Shown here piece after piece: positions 29,831-39,148 of a DNA stretch of 64,000 bases. The position numbers and the translations under genes were made by a program. The notes beneath the pieces are model-generated. The model searched no databases. It worked only from the letters and a program-made list of their open reading frames with translations, and was not told where the DNA came from. The DNA is taken from positions 56,303 through 120,302 of the forward strand of contig CAURPS010000003.1 in the NCBI GenBank assembly GCA_963526965.1. Direction: 5' to 3'. Positions within the stretch are counted from its first letter, which is position 1. The number at the start of each line of letters is the position of its first letter. The stretch comes from an uncultured Candidatus Saccharibacteria bacterium. Lineage in GTDB: Bacteria > Patescibacteriota > Saccharimonadia > Saccharimonadales > Saccharimonadaceae.

Positions 29831-30991
29831 CTATTTCCAGGTATGCTTGAGCTTGGTAACACCACCCCACCGGCCATGATCATAATCACGTTGCACCGAG
29901 AAGTGCGGCCCCTCCTCAGTAAAGGCGATCGTCTTGGTGTCGTCCGCCCCCATCAAGCCAGCCTTGATGAAATAACTCCCCTCGTTGAGGTTGAGCTGCA
30001 CAGTGTAGGTCGCGCGATTCTTGTCAGCAATCTTCACTTTTTCTTGATAGGTGTTGGGACCATAGACATACTCACCATTCTCGCGGAAGATTGCCACACC
30101 AACATGCTTGACCCCTGTTTGCTGCCACTCTAACTCCACTGTCATAGTTTCGTTATACTCATACACCGTCTGTTCGTTACCATCACTGCCGCGCAGTGTA
30201 ATATCAAAGTCATCTGATATTTGCTCGTCTAGCCCTTCTGACTCGTTGTAGCTCTTAATATTGCTCCGACTATAGGCGGCGGCAATGCGGTATGGCTTGC
30301 CGATCATCTTCACCTTCCCATCCTCGATAAACACTGCCTTGTTGCAAAAGCGCTCTACCGCCGACATATCGTGCGTGACGAGGATAACAGTGCGCTTTTC
30401 GCGCTTAAGCTTATCGAAATAAGCGTAGCACTTCTTTTGGAAGGCTTCATCCCCTACCGCCAAGACTTCATCTAGTAGTAAGATATCGGCATGGGCACGA
30501 ATAGCGATAGAGAAAGCCAGGCGCACCTGCATCCCACTAGAATAATTCTTGAGCCGCTCCTCCATAAAGTCACCCAGCTCAGCAAAATCGACAATTTTAT
30601 CATACATTGCCTCCATCTCGTCATGACTAAAGCCCAGCAATGCACCGTTGAGAAAGACATTCTCGCGGCCAGTGAGCTCTGGGTTAAAGCCAACGCCCAG
30701 CTCGATAAACGGCACCAGCGAGCCACCCACCTCGACGCTCCCGCTATTGGGGGTGTAGATGCCGGCAATCGTCTTGAGCAGTGTGCTCTTGCCCGAGCCA
30801 TTGCGCCCAACAATACCAAAGAAGTCTCCCTCGTTAATGGTAAAATCGATATCTTTAAGCGGAGTAAAGACCCGATACCCTTTGCGCCCCTTGAGGAGGT
30901 TAATGAGCTTTTGCTTGATGCCCGAGCTTGCCTCCAGCGGGATCTTGAAGGATTTGGTAAGGTTATTGATAACAACGATTGGTTGCGCCAT
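29831..30991 (-). CDS. polysaccharide ABC exporter ATP-binding protein with a C-terminal glycan-binding-type domain (Wzt-like)
   Basis: Walker A GRNGSGKST, signature YSSGMQVRL, Walker B ILLLDE, plus a roughly 140-aa beta-rich C-terminal extension as in Wzt. Confidence 0.85.
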   Translation of the reverse strand: MAQPIVVINNLTKSFKIPLEASSGIKQKLINLLKGRKGYRVFTPLKDIDFTINEGDFFGIVGRNGSGKSTLLKTIAGIYTPNSGSVEVGGSLVPFIELGVGFNPELTGRENVFLNGALLGFSHDEMEAMYDKIVDFAELGDFMEERLKNYSSGMQVRLAFSIAIRAHADILLLDEVLAVGDEAFQKKCYAYFDKLKREKRTVILVTHDMSAVERFCNKAVFIEDGKVKMIGKPYRIAAAYSRSNIKSYNESEGLDEQISDDFDITLRGSDGNEQTVYEYNETMTVELEWQQTGVKHVGVAIFRENGEYVYGPNTYQEKVKIADKNRATYTVQLNLNEGSYFIKAGLMGADDTKTIAFTEEGPHFSVQRDYDHGRWGGVTKLKHTWK

Positions 30992-31816
30992 CTAGATACT
31001 CTCCGCAAAATACTGCTGGTTGCGCCGGAAATAAAACACCGCCAGCAGGATGATAGTGATAATCGAAACAAATGGTATGAGCACCATAGGGTATGCCACG
31101 AGGTCGTAGAGCTGGATGGTCTGGGGTGTTACCAGCACCTGGCGGACGTCTTGGATGATCTGGGCGGCTGGGTTGAGCATGAGGTATGGCGCAGCAGCCG
31201 GCATACGATCCATCACCATCTGCAAAGGATAAATAACCGGCGTGGCATAGAACGCAGCCTGCATAAAGATCTCCCATAGGTAGCCAATATCGCGGTATTT
31301 CACATTGATCGTCGCAAGGAAAAACGCCACCGCCAAGGAGAGTACATAAAGCTCGAGGATCAGCGGCACCACAAGCAGCGCCTCCCACGACCAATGCACA
31401 CCATTAAACAAACAAAAGCCCAGAATCACCACCATATTAATGGCGAGGTTGATAAAGGCCGAGATGGTACCTGAGATAACGATAATATACTTGGGGAAGT
31501 TGATCTTGCGAATAAGGTCGCCGCGCGAGACGATCGACTGCAGCCCTTGCACCGTCGCCTCACTAAAGAAGTTCCATAGCACAATTCCCACTAAAAGATA
31601 CACCGGATAGTGCTCGACTTGCTTACCAAGGCCGAGGAATTTATCGAACACGATATACAAAATAATAAACAAAAATATCGGTTTGAGGATTGACCACAAA
31701 TAGCCCAGCACCGATCCCTGGTAGCGCAGCTTGAAGTCCGTTACGACCAGCTCGCGCAGCAAGATACGATTTTTTCGTTGCAAAAGATTTGTTACTTTCA
31801 TAGTTTCTCTGGCCAT
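30992..31816 (-). CDS. ABC-2 type polysaccharide exporter permease (Wzm/TagG-like)
   Basis: Six hydrophobic segments. FKLRYQGSVLGYLWSILKP is the typical ABC-2 N-terminal motif. The start is uncertain: ATG at 31816 or 31801. Confidence 0.8.
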   Translation of the reverse strand: MARETMKVTNLLQRKNRILLRELVVTDFKLRYQGSVLGYLWSILKPIFLFIILYIVFDKFLGLGKQVEHYPVYLLVGIVLWNFFSEATVQGLQSIVSRGDLIRKINFPKYIIVISGTISAFINLAINMVVILGFCLFNGVHWSWEALLVVPLILELYVLSLAVAFFLATINVKYRDIGYLWEIFMQAAFYATPVIYPLQMVMDRMPAAAPYLMLNPAAQIIQDVRQVLVTPQTIQLYDLVAYPMVLIPFVSIITIILLAVFYFRRNQQYFAESI

Positions 31817-31824
31817 TATATAAT

Positions 31825-32850
31825 ATGACCGTGGTAAAAAACAATCTTGCAATCATAGTTCTTAACTGGAACGGCGCCGATGATGCCCTAGAATGCATCG
31901 ATTCGTTGGCGCAGCAGACGCTGGTGCCGACTATTATCGTAGTTGATAACGACTCGCATGATGACTCGGTGGCACGCTTCCGCTCATATCAAGCTAAGCA
32001 CCCTGCGCTCAGTCTCGTCATCATTGAGAACCAGCGCAACCTCGGCTTCGCCGGTGGTATTAACACAGGCCTGCGCTATGCTAAAGAGCAGCAATTCCGC
32101 TTTGTTGGCGTACTTAACCCCGACGCAGTAGCCAACACACACTGGTGCCAAGCCTTGGTGGACGAGCTACGAGCTCATCCGCACTGTGGTATTGCTACTG
32201 GGCTGCTGGCTCGTCGCGATGGGACGACCATCGATAGCTCGGGCGACTTCTACACCACCTGGGGGTTGCCTGGCCCGCGCCACCGTGATGAGCCAATTAG
32301 CCATGCGCCAACAGAGGCCGGAGCGGTGTTTGGTGCAACGGGTGGTGGAGCAGTGTATCGCTTGGCACTGTTCGACACTGTTGACCTTTTTGACGAAGCA
32401 TTCTTCATGTATTACGAAGACGTCGATCTCAGTTTTCGTACGCAGCTAGCAGGCTGGACGGTGCGCTTCACACCGCACGCCGTCGCGTACCACAAGGTTG
32501 GTGCCAGCAGCAGCAAAGTCCCGGGGCTCGCGGTATACAACACCTTTAAGAACTTGCCGCTCATTTTTATCAAGAATGTGCCGGGGCGGCTGTTTTGGTC
32601 AATTGGCGTGCGCTTTTGCCTCACCTATTGGCTGATATTCTTGAGTGCACTGCGCCATGGCAATGGCTGGCCAGCACTGCGTGGTATGCTCGCCTCTGTT
32701 GTCCACCAGCCAGCGGCCTATCGGCAGCGCTTTGCTATCCAGCGGCAGCGCAAGGTGTCGGTCGATTATATCCGTGGTATTATCCACAACGGGCCATTAC
32801 CTAACCAGACAGGCCTACTCAAGTTTCGGAAGTTTTTTACTGGTAAATAG
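31825..32850 (+). CDS. GT2 glycosyltransferase (rhamnosyltransferase-like)
   Basis: LAIIVLNWNGADDALECIDSL, VVDNDSHDDS, YYEDVDLSFR. Confidence 0.8.
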   Translation: MTVVKNNLAIIVLNWNGADDALECIDSLAQQTLVPTIIVVDNDSHDDSVARFRSYQAKHPALSLVIIENQRNLGFAGGINTGLRYAKEQQFRFVGVLNPDAVANTHWCQALVDELRAHPHCGIATGLLARRDGTTIDSSGDFYTTWGLPGPRHRDEPISHAPTEAGAVFGATGGGAVYRLALFDTVDLFDEAFFMYYEDVDLSFRTQLAGWTVRFTPHAVAYHKVGASSSKVPGLAVYNTFKNLPLIFIKNVPGRLFWSIGVRFCLTYWLIFLSALRHGNGWPALRGMLASVVHQPAAYRQRFAIQRQRKVSVDYIRGIIHNGPLPNQTGLLKFRKFFTGK

Positions 32851-33083
32851 TTCAGCTTGAGAGGACGGGTCAGCGCCAAAGAAGCGAATTTTAAAGACCG
32901 ATTTTCGTATGATAACTGTACAAGAAAATATATGGAGGCCAGTAACCCAACAAGCGGAAAAGCACTATATAAGAGTCTGGCCGGAACATTTTCGGTATAG
33001 TTATTATACGAAAGAAGTACACTATATTCTATTCGTATGCAATTAACCTACTCCACCTCACCCCTGTTACGCACGCAATCATT

Positions 33084-33111
33084 TTGCATATTCGCCATCT
33101 ATGCGTACAAT
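33084..33111 (+). promoter_or_regulatory. promoter of sucC-like gene, leaderless-type
   Basis: TTGCAT (33084-33089), 16 nt, TACAAT (33106-33111). The ATG at 33119 is 7 nt downstream. Confidence 0.45.
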
Positions 33112-33118
33112 AATACCT

Positions 33119-34168
33119 ATGCGTCTTCTTGAATATCAAGCCAAGCAGTGCTTGGCTGAGGCTGGTGTGGCAGTACCGCAGAGTAATGTTGTAGAATCTG
33201 CAACGGTGGTGCCCACTGCCCCTATTGTCCTCAAATCACAAGTGCCGATCGGTGGCCGCGGCAAGGCAGGCGGCGTGGTGATTGTCCGCGAGCAATCCGC
33301 CGTTGTGCCAACCATTCAGCGTCTCTTTGCTCTCGATATTGGTGGCTACACCCCCACGAAGCTCCTCGCTGAGGAAGTCCTCTCCATCGGCCGCGAGTGT
33401 TACATTTCGCTTACTATTAATCGCGAGCAATCATCCATCGAGCTACTCGCCCACACCAGCGGTGGTATTGATGTGGAAGAACACGATCGTGCAGCGTTCT
33501 TTCGCCAGGCCATTACACTGCAAACAGTTCATATTGTGGCCGAAGCACTGGCGGAGTATCTGTCGTTACCAGAGCAAGCCTTTGCGCTTGAGGATGTGGT
33601 GGCAAATTGTTTGCGTTGCTTTATTGACAACGATTGTCTCTTACTCGAGATTAACCCACTCGTCGTGACGACAGATGGCCAGCTCATCGCTGGCGATGCC
33701 AAGATGACGATTGACGATGCGGCGCTGTTTCGCCATCCGCAGTGGCACGAAGCAGCCCTAGAGGATCATAATTTCGTCACGCTTGACCACAACGGGACGG
33801 TTGCGACGATTGCCAACGGCGCAGGCCTGGCAATGGCAACTGTCGATGCGGTGATTGCCCGCGGTGTGCAGCCAGCTAATTTTCTTGACATTGGTGGCAC
33901 GGCAACTCCAGAGAAGATCCTGGCTAGCTTTGAGCAGATTGCCCGCTTCCCTGCCGTGGCGCTCATCATTATTAATATCTTTGGCGGTATTGTGCGCTGC
34001 GACGACGTAGCAAGGGCCATCATCAGTGCCAAGCAGCAGCTACCTGACCTCCCGCCACTCGCTGTCCGCCTAACAGGCAACCGCGAGGCCGAAGCCAAGA
34101 CGCTCCTTACCCGCGAACATATCCCACTCTACGATAATCTCTCTCACATTTTGGAGGAAGCCGTATGA
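33119..34168 (+). CDS. sucC: succinate--CoA ligase beta subunit-like (ATP-grasp)
   Basis: Starts MRLLEYQAKQCLAEAGVAVP, like the canonical MNLHEYQAK. Has the GAGLAMATVD and NIFGGIVRCD motifs. About 350 aa, somewhat short for the family. Confidence 0.8.
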   Translation: MRLLEYQAKQCLAEAGVAVPQSNVVESATVVPTAPIVLKSQVPIGGRGKAGGVVIVREQSAVVPTIQRLFALDIGGYTPTKLLAEEVLSIGRECYISLTINREQSSIELLAHTSGGIDVEEHDRAAFFRQAITLQTVHIVAEALAEYLSLPEQAFALEDVVANCLRCFIDNDCLLLEINPLVVTTDGQLIAGDAKMTIDDAALFRHPQWHEAALEDHNFVTLDHNGTVATIANGAGLAMATVDAVIARGVQPANFLDIGGTATPEKILASFEQIARFPAVALIIINIFGGIVRCDDVARAIISAKQQLPDLPPLAVRLTGNREAEAKTLLTREHIPLYDNLSHILEEAV

Positions 34169-35037
34169 TGACCCCTGATATCTTTCGTGGTAAGCATGTT
34201 ATCGTCCAGGGCATAACGGGCAAACATGGCTCATTTCATACCGAGCGTATGCTAGCGAGTGGCACACATATCGTTGGCGGCACATCACCCAATCGGTCGG
34301 TTACAGAGGTACACGGCGTGCCGGTCTTCCGGGCGATTCGCGAAATTCAGGCGCAGCAGCCTGTCGATATTTCCGTGATTTTTGTACCAGCAGCTCATGC
34401 CAAGGCGGCGATTATGGAGGCAATTGATGCAGAGGTGCCACTCATTATTTGTATCACCGAGGGCGTGCCTGTCCACGATATGTTGCATATAAAACAACGC
34501 CTGGCAACCAGTTCTTCGGTTTTGATCGGCCCCAACTGCCCTGGCGTTCTCATCCCCAGCGTGCACAACCTTGGTATCATTCCTGCTGCGCTCGCCACGC
34601 CAGGCCACACTGCCATCGTCAGCCGTAGCGGCACGCTCACCTACGAAGCAATGAGCCTCCTCACCCAGGCAGGCATTGGCCAGCGCTATGTGATTGGGAT
34701 TGGTGGTGATATGATTGGTGGCAGCAGCTTTATTGATTGCTTGCAGTTGTTTGAGCAAGATGCGGCGGTAGAGCAGATTGTGCTGATCGGTGAAATTGGT
34801 GGCACGAGCGAGGTTGCCGCAGCGGATTATATTAAGCGTCATATAAGCAAACCAGTCTATGCTTACGTTGCGGGTCACAGTGCACCATCTGGAGTACAGA
34901 TGGGCCATGCTGGGGCGATCCTTGGCACAAATGAGCTGGAGTCAGCCCAGGCCAAGACAGCCCGGCTCGAGGCCAGTGGCGCAGTGGTGGCATCGTCCAT
35001 CCAGTCGCTCATCGCGCTCATACCAACCAATAAGTGA
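34165..35037 (+). CDS. sucD: succinate--CoA ligase alpha subunit
   Basis: VIVQGITGKHGSFHT, SRSGTLTYE, and GHAGAI with the phosphohistidine. ATGA-type overlap with sucC. Confidence 0.88.
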   Translation: MMTPDIFRGKHVIVQGITGKHGSFHTERMLASGTHIVGGTSPNRSVTEVHGVPVFRAIREIQAQQPVDISVIFVPAAHAKAAIMEAIDAEVPLIICITEGVPVHDMLHIKQRLATSSSVLIGPNCPGVLIPSVHNLGIIPAALATPGHTAIVSRSGTLTYEAMSLLTQAGIGQRYVIGIGGDMIGGSSFIDCLQLFEQDAAVEQIVLIGEIGGTSEVAAADYIKRHISKPVYAYVAGHSAPSGVQMGHAGAILGTNELESAQAKTARLEASGAVVASSIQSLIALIPTNK

Positions 35038-35052
35038 TACAATAAGGCTACG

Positions 35053-36000
35053 ATGAAAACAATCACCATTCTTATCCCTGCCTACAACGAAGCAGCTGTT
35101 TTGCCACAGCTATTTGCCCGGCTCGAGACGCTGCAGCGCAGTGTCGATCGCCGGCGCTACCAGTTCGAATTCTTATTTATTAATGATGGCAGCCAGGATC
35201 ACACGCTCGAGCTCATCCAGATCGAGCAGCAACACAACCCCGCCATTGCCTACCTTAATCTCTCACGCAACTTTGGCAAAGAAGCTGCTATGCTCGCTGG
35301 CTTCGACCACGCCGCGGGTGATGCTGTCGTGGTAATTGATGCCGACCTACAAGACCCACCAGAGCTGATCCCGCAGATGATCGAGCTGTGGGAACAGGGG
35401 TATGATGATGTGTATGCACGGCGCCGAAGCCGCTCCGGCGAGACCTGGCTCAAGAAAAAAACCGCCGCGTGGTATTACCGTCTCCTCCAGAGTACGACGC
35501 ATATTCCTGTTCAGATCGACACGGGCGACTTCCGCTTACTTAGCAAACGCTGTGTCACTGCCATCACCCAGCTACGCGAATCTCAGCGCAATACCAAAGC
35601 GATCTTTAGTTGGGTGGGCTACAAAAAAAAGGAGATTCTCTACGACCGCGACCCACGGGCTGCTGGCACCATTAAGCAAAGTCCCCGCACACTCATCAAC
35701 CTGGCTATTGACGGCATCACAAGCTTTACGACCGCTCCGCTGCGTATCTCAGCCGTGCTGGGCTTCCTTATCGCCTTCTTGGCCTCCATCTACATCCTCT
35801 ATCTGCTCATCCGACCACTGTTCGGTGTGCCAACCGGTGCAGGCTATTCGTCGCTCATGGCGGTGATTCTCTTCCTTGGTGGAGTGCAGCTGCTGAGTTT
35901 GGGGGTGATTGGCGAATACATCGCCCGGATTTTTAGCGAAACGAAGCAGCGCCCACCTTATCTCGTCGAGGAGCATCGTGAGGCTCGCCATCGCAAATAA
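35053..36000 (+). CDS. polyprenyl-phosphate glycosyltransferase (GT2; ArnC/GtrB/DPM1-like) with two C-terminal TM helices
   Basis: ITILIPAYNEAAVLPQL, VIDADLQDPPELIPQM, and C-terminal hydrophobic segments. Confidence 0.85.
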   Translation: MKTITILIPAYNEAAVLPQLFARLETLQRSVDRRRYQFEFLFINDGSQDHTLELIQIEQQHNPAIAYLNLSRNFGKEAAMLAGFDHAAGDAVVVIDADLQDPPELIPQMIELWEQGYDDVYARRRSRSGETWLKKKTAAWYYRLLQSTTHIPVQIDTGDFRLLSKRCVTAITQLRESQRNTKAIFSWVGYKKKEILYDRDPRAAGTIKQSPRTLINLAIDGITSFTTAPLRISAVLGFLIAFLASIYILYLLIRPLFGVPTGAGYSSLMAVILFLGGVQLLSLGVIGEYIARIFSETKQRPPYLVEEHREARHRK

Positions 36001-36400
36001 CAGCGGTAAATTGCTGCGGTTTGCGCTCGTTGGCGGGATTAATACAGCGATCGATATTGGCTTGCTGTTTGGGCTCACCGCGCTTGGCGTGCCAAAGCTC
36101 GCGGCCAATACAGTATCGACAGGCACGGCCTTTATCTTCAGTTTTTTTGCTAATAAGTCGTACACTTTTCGTGCCCAGGGTGATGTGCGCCGGCAGTTGA
36201 TCTTGTTTGTCGTCGTTACTCTGGCGGGCTTGTGGGGGCTGCAAAATGCGGTTATTTTCTGCGCTTCGCCTATCCTGGCCTCTGTTATTCATGCCGAGTC
36301 ACTTGTGCTGTTGCTTGCAAAAATCATTGCCACCAGTGCATCGTTGATGTGGAATTATTGTTTGTACGATCGTGTTGTTTTTCGAACAACAGAGAGATAA
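35978..36400 (+). CDS. GtrA-family membrane protein (lipid-linked sugar translocation)
   Basis: LLRFALVGGINTAIDIGLLF and four TM segments. I propose the in-frame GTG at 35978, overlapping the GT2 end; the exact start is uncertain. Confidence 0.65.
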   Translation: MRLAIANNSGKLLRFALVGGINTAIDIGLLFGLTALGVPKLAANTVSTGTAFIFSFFANKSYTFRAQGDVRRQLILFVVVTLAGLWGLQNAVIFCASPILASVIHAESLVLLLAKIIATSASLMWNYCLYDRVVFRTTER

Positions 36401-36464
36401 TGTTTCGCTGAAAAATATGGTTTTTAAACAGTACATTTACAAACTCACTATACGCTCATACCTA

Positions 36465-36986
36465 TTATTGACGCTGATAATCATCCGCCACCCGCACAAT
36501 ATCATCCTCTGTTGATGGGTGCGCTGGGTCAGTGTGCTGCCAGAGTTCAGCAATAATCGTTGGGTGCTGAGCATCACCGCAAGCACGGTGGCGCTCCCCT
36601 GCCGCCAGCCTTACGATATCACCTGCCTGAGCTGGTGTTGGCTGGGCTGGTAGCTCGTCGCTCGTGTTGCAATAGTATGCACCAGCGGTCAGAAAACGCC
36701 ACAACTCCGCTCGCCGATGATGATATTGCCAGCTCAGGCGCGCCCCTTGCCGAACAAAGAGAATCTTGGGACTGAGCGGTGCATGAGCATTGTCCTTAAC
36801 TATTACTTCCGATACTGCAAAGAAATCCGCCGCAAACTGCTCCGCCTGTGCCGGGTCAATACAGATAAACCCACCCCAGGGCCGCCGGCTGTCTGTCCCA
36901 GTGATGTGGTAGCCCACCTGGTGAAGAATATATTCTATCTGCGCCAGATTCGTCTGAACTGCTATGTGTTGCGGTAGTTCCGTCAT
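36465..36986 (-). CDS. cupin-domain protein, type II phosphomannose isomerase-like
   Basis: 173 aa. RPWGGFICI ... LSWQYHHRRAELWRF resembles the cupin core of mannose-6-phosphate isomerase / GDP-mannose pyrophosphorylase C-terminal domains. Confidence 0.6.
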   Translation of the reverse strand: MTELPQHIAVQTNLAQIEYILHQVGYHITGTDSRRPWGGFICIDPAQAEQFAADFFAVSEVIVKDNAHAPLSPKILFVRQGARLSWQYHHRRAELWRFLTAGAYYCNTSDELPAQPTPAQAGDIVRLAAGERHRACGDAQHPTIIAELWQHTDPAHPSTEDDIVRVADDYQRQ

Positions 36987-37067
36987 ATTACTCGTAATAT
37001 GGGTATTATAGCACTTTTATATACAGTTTGTGTTTTTATTATTTATTGGAATTTGGTAATTCCTAAT

Positions 37068-37197
37068 CCCCGCTCACTACCCCTCCGATGGAGTGTGAAA
37101 ACAGATTGCAATAATCTGTTTGCAGCCCAGCGCAAGAGGTCGATATCTGGGAGATATCGACCCTTATAGTGTTCCTGAGGAGGGGTAGTGAGCGGGG
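37068..37197. repeat. copy 2 of the conserved structured element: 19-bp perfect closing stem around a three-way junction
   Basis: CCCCGCTCACTACCCCTCC (37068-37086) is the exact reverse complement of GGAGGGGTAGTGAGCGGGG (37179-37197). Inner hairpins are AAACAGATT-gcaat-AATCTGTTT (37099-37121) and GGTCGATATCT-ggg-AGATATCGACC (37138-37162). Confidence 0.6.
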
Positions 37198-37296
37198 GTA
37201 ATATTACAGAGATGTTACTTTAAATTTAATGCCACCCACCTTGACACACGCGTGTCCATCTGGCGCTTTTGGTGCAGGAGCTGTATACTAGAGGGT

Positions 37297-38400
37297 ATGA
37301 GTTTTCATATTGCAATCGACGCCCGCGTGATCAATTCTGGCACGGGCACATATGTCGTGAAGCTGCTCGAGCAGCTGGAGCGGCTTGATACGACTAACCG
37401 CTATAGCATCCTTGTCCCCACCAAGGATCGCGACTATTGGCAGCCACACAACCCCAACTTCACCATCCGCACGGTCGACTTTGCCAATTATTCGCTGGCG
37501 GAGCAGCTTGACTTCCGGCGCTACCTAGATGAGCTAAAGCCCGACTTAGTGCACTTTTGTATGCCGCAGCAACCGGTCTTTTACAGAGGTAAGCACGTTA
37601 CCACGGTGCACGATATGACCCTTCTCAAGACATATAATTCTGACAAAAATTGGCTGGTGTTTCATCTTAAGCAATTGGTGGGGCGCTGGGTGTTTCGGCG
37701 GATCGCCCGCACCAGCGAGCATATCATCACTATTTCTCAGACGACCAAGCAAGAATATCAGAGCTTTACTAAGATCCCCGATAGCAAAATCTCGGTCATC
37801 TACGAGGCGGGCGAGGCACACCCTGGGCAGCTCACGCCATATATCGACCTTCCCTTCAAGCGATTCATCATCTACGTTGGGCAGCAGCCTGATTATAAAA
37901 ATCTGCGGCGCCTCGCGGCCGCACACCAGCAGCTGCTGAGCCGCTGGCCAGACCTTGGCCTGGTGTTTGTGGGGCGAATGAACGAAGACACCAAGCGCAA
38001 CCAAGCCTACTACCAGCAGCAAGGCTATCGCAATATTCACTTCACTGGGTTTATCCCCGACGGGCAGCGCGATTGGCTGCTTAACAAAGCCGAGGCATAC
38101 GTCTTTCCATCATTAATGGAAGGATTTGGCCTGCCGCCACTCGAGACGATGGCGTATGGCACGACACCTGTTATATCGAGCAATACCTCGTGTATGCCCG
38201 AGATTTTGGGCGATGCTGCCGAGTACTTCGACCCACTCGATGTCGATGCCATCGCTAGCGCGATCGACCGCGTCCTCAGCCAACCAGCTCGCCGTCGCGA
38301 GCTTATCGTCAAAGGCAAAGCCCAAGCTGCTCGCTACTCATGGGAGCGCTGCGGCAAGGAAACGTTGGCGGTGTATGAGCGAGCATTGCGGCAATCATAA
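37297..38400 (+). CDS. GT4-family glycosyltransferase
   Basis: MSFHIAIDARVINSGTGTY ... EGFGLPPLETMAYGTTPVISSNTSCMPEILGDAAEYFDP. TATACT lies 7 nt upstream of the ATG at 37297. Confidence 0.8.
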   Translation: MSFHIAIDARVINSGTGTYVVKLLEQLERLDTTNRYSILVPTKDRDYWQPHNPNFTIRTVDFANYSLAEQLDFRRYLDELKPDLVHFCMPQQPVFYRGKHVTTVHDMTLLKTYNSDKNWLVFHLKQLVGRWVFRRIARTSEHIITISQTTKQEYQSFTKIPDSKISVIYEAGEAHPGQLTPYIDLPFKRFIIYVGQQPDYKNLRRLAAAHQQLLSRWPDLGLVFVGRMNEDTKRNQAYYQQQGYRNIHFTGFIPDGQRDWLLNKAEAYVFPSLMEGFGLPPLETMAYGTTPVISSNTSCMPEILGDAAEYFDPLDVDAIASAIDRVLSQPARRRELIVKGKAQAARYSWERCGKETLAVYERALRQS

Positions 38401-38610
38401 TCAGTCTATTTATAGCCAGTGTGAGTGATTGTGGATCAGAAATCGTAAAGCCTCGTTCACCTTAGCGTGAGTCTATTCTCTCTTACCTTATATAGATGTA
38501 ATGTCATTTATAATACTTTACTTCTGCTCTGTATCACGTTCTATTAAAAACAGTGGAGTGAGCACAAGAATTAGCACGCCGCTACGAAGTAGCTATTTTT
38601 GATATTATTA

Positions 38611-38646
38611 TTGCAAAAATAACCGGCCATCACTGACCGGTTATAA
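38611..38646 (-). terminator. intrinsic terminator after jag
   Basis: Minus strand reads ATAACCGG-tcagtgatgg-CCGGTTAT followed by TTTTTG. Confidence 0.6.
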
Positions 38647-38666
38647 GATGTATCGTAGCGTAGCTT

Positions 38667-39131
38667 TTACTCAGCCTCTTCCAGCTGGATAATCACATGG
38701 CGCTCGCGGCCTTCGCCTTTGGAGACGGTCGTGATGCCAGCTGCGTCGGCAGCGACTTGGTGGACGATGCGCCGATCGGCTGGGTTGAGGTGGGCGGTGT
38801 AGGGCTCACCAGTTGCACGCACACGCTCGATCCAGCCGCGGGCTTTATCGGCAACCTTTTCTTCGTGCTGCTTTTTGTAGTCGGCGATATCAACACTCAC
38901 GCGCACTATGGCCGCGTGCTGCGCCCGCAGTGCCGACGAAACGATATATTGCAGCGCCCGCAACGTCTCTGCCCCGCGGCCAATCAAGATACTATTGATG
39001 TCTGACGACTCTACCCGAAGTGTCATTACCTCGCCATCGTCATCACCCGATACCGCAATATTTTCGCCAAAAAACGAGATGATGTTCTGGAGATATTCTC
39101 GGGCAAATGTTACTGATTGGTATCGATCCAT
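38667..39131 (-). CDS. jag: Jag/KhpB-type RNA-binding protein (KH + R3H)
   Basis: 154 aa. R3H-type motif NPADRRIVHQVAAD. Conserved position downstream of yidC. GAGGAGGAG SD. Confidence 0.85.
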   Translation of the reverse strand: MDRYQSVTFAREYLQNIISFFGENIAVSGDDDGEVMTLRVESSDINSILIGRGAETLRALQYIVSSALRAQHAAIVRVSVDIADYKKQHEEKVADKARGWIERVRATGEPYTAHLNPADRRIVHQVAADAAGITTVSKGEGRERHVIIQLEEAE

Positions 39132-39148
39132 CGGGTTCTCCTCCTCTG

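Noticed and set aside
30472-31279. 199-aa and 262-aa ORFs overlapping the wzt/wzm genes in other frames or on the other strand.
   Set aside because: The Wzt and Wzm frames carry unmistakable ABC motifs. The alternatives have no motifs and biased composition.
33101-33118. Upstream ATG (MRTIIPM...) as the start of the sucC-like gene.
   Set aside because: The canonical SucC N-terminus (M-x-L-x-EYQAK) begins at the ATG at 33119. The upstream ATG overlaps the TACAAT -10 box.
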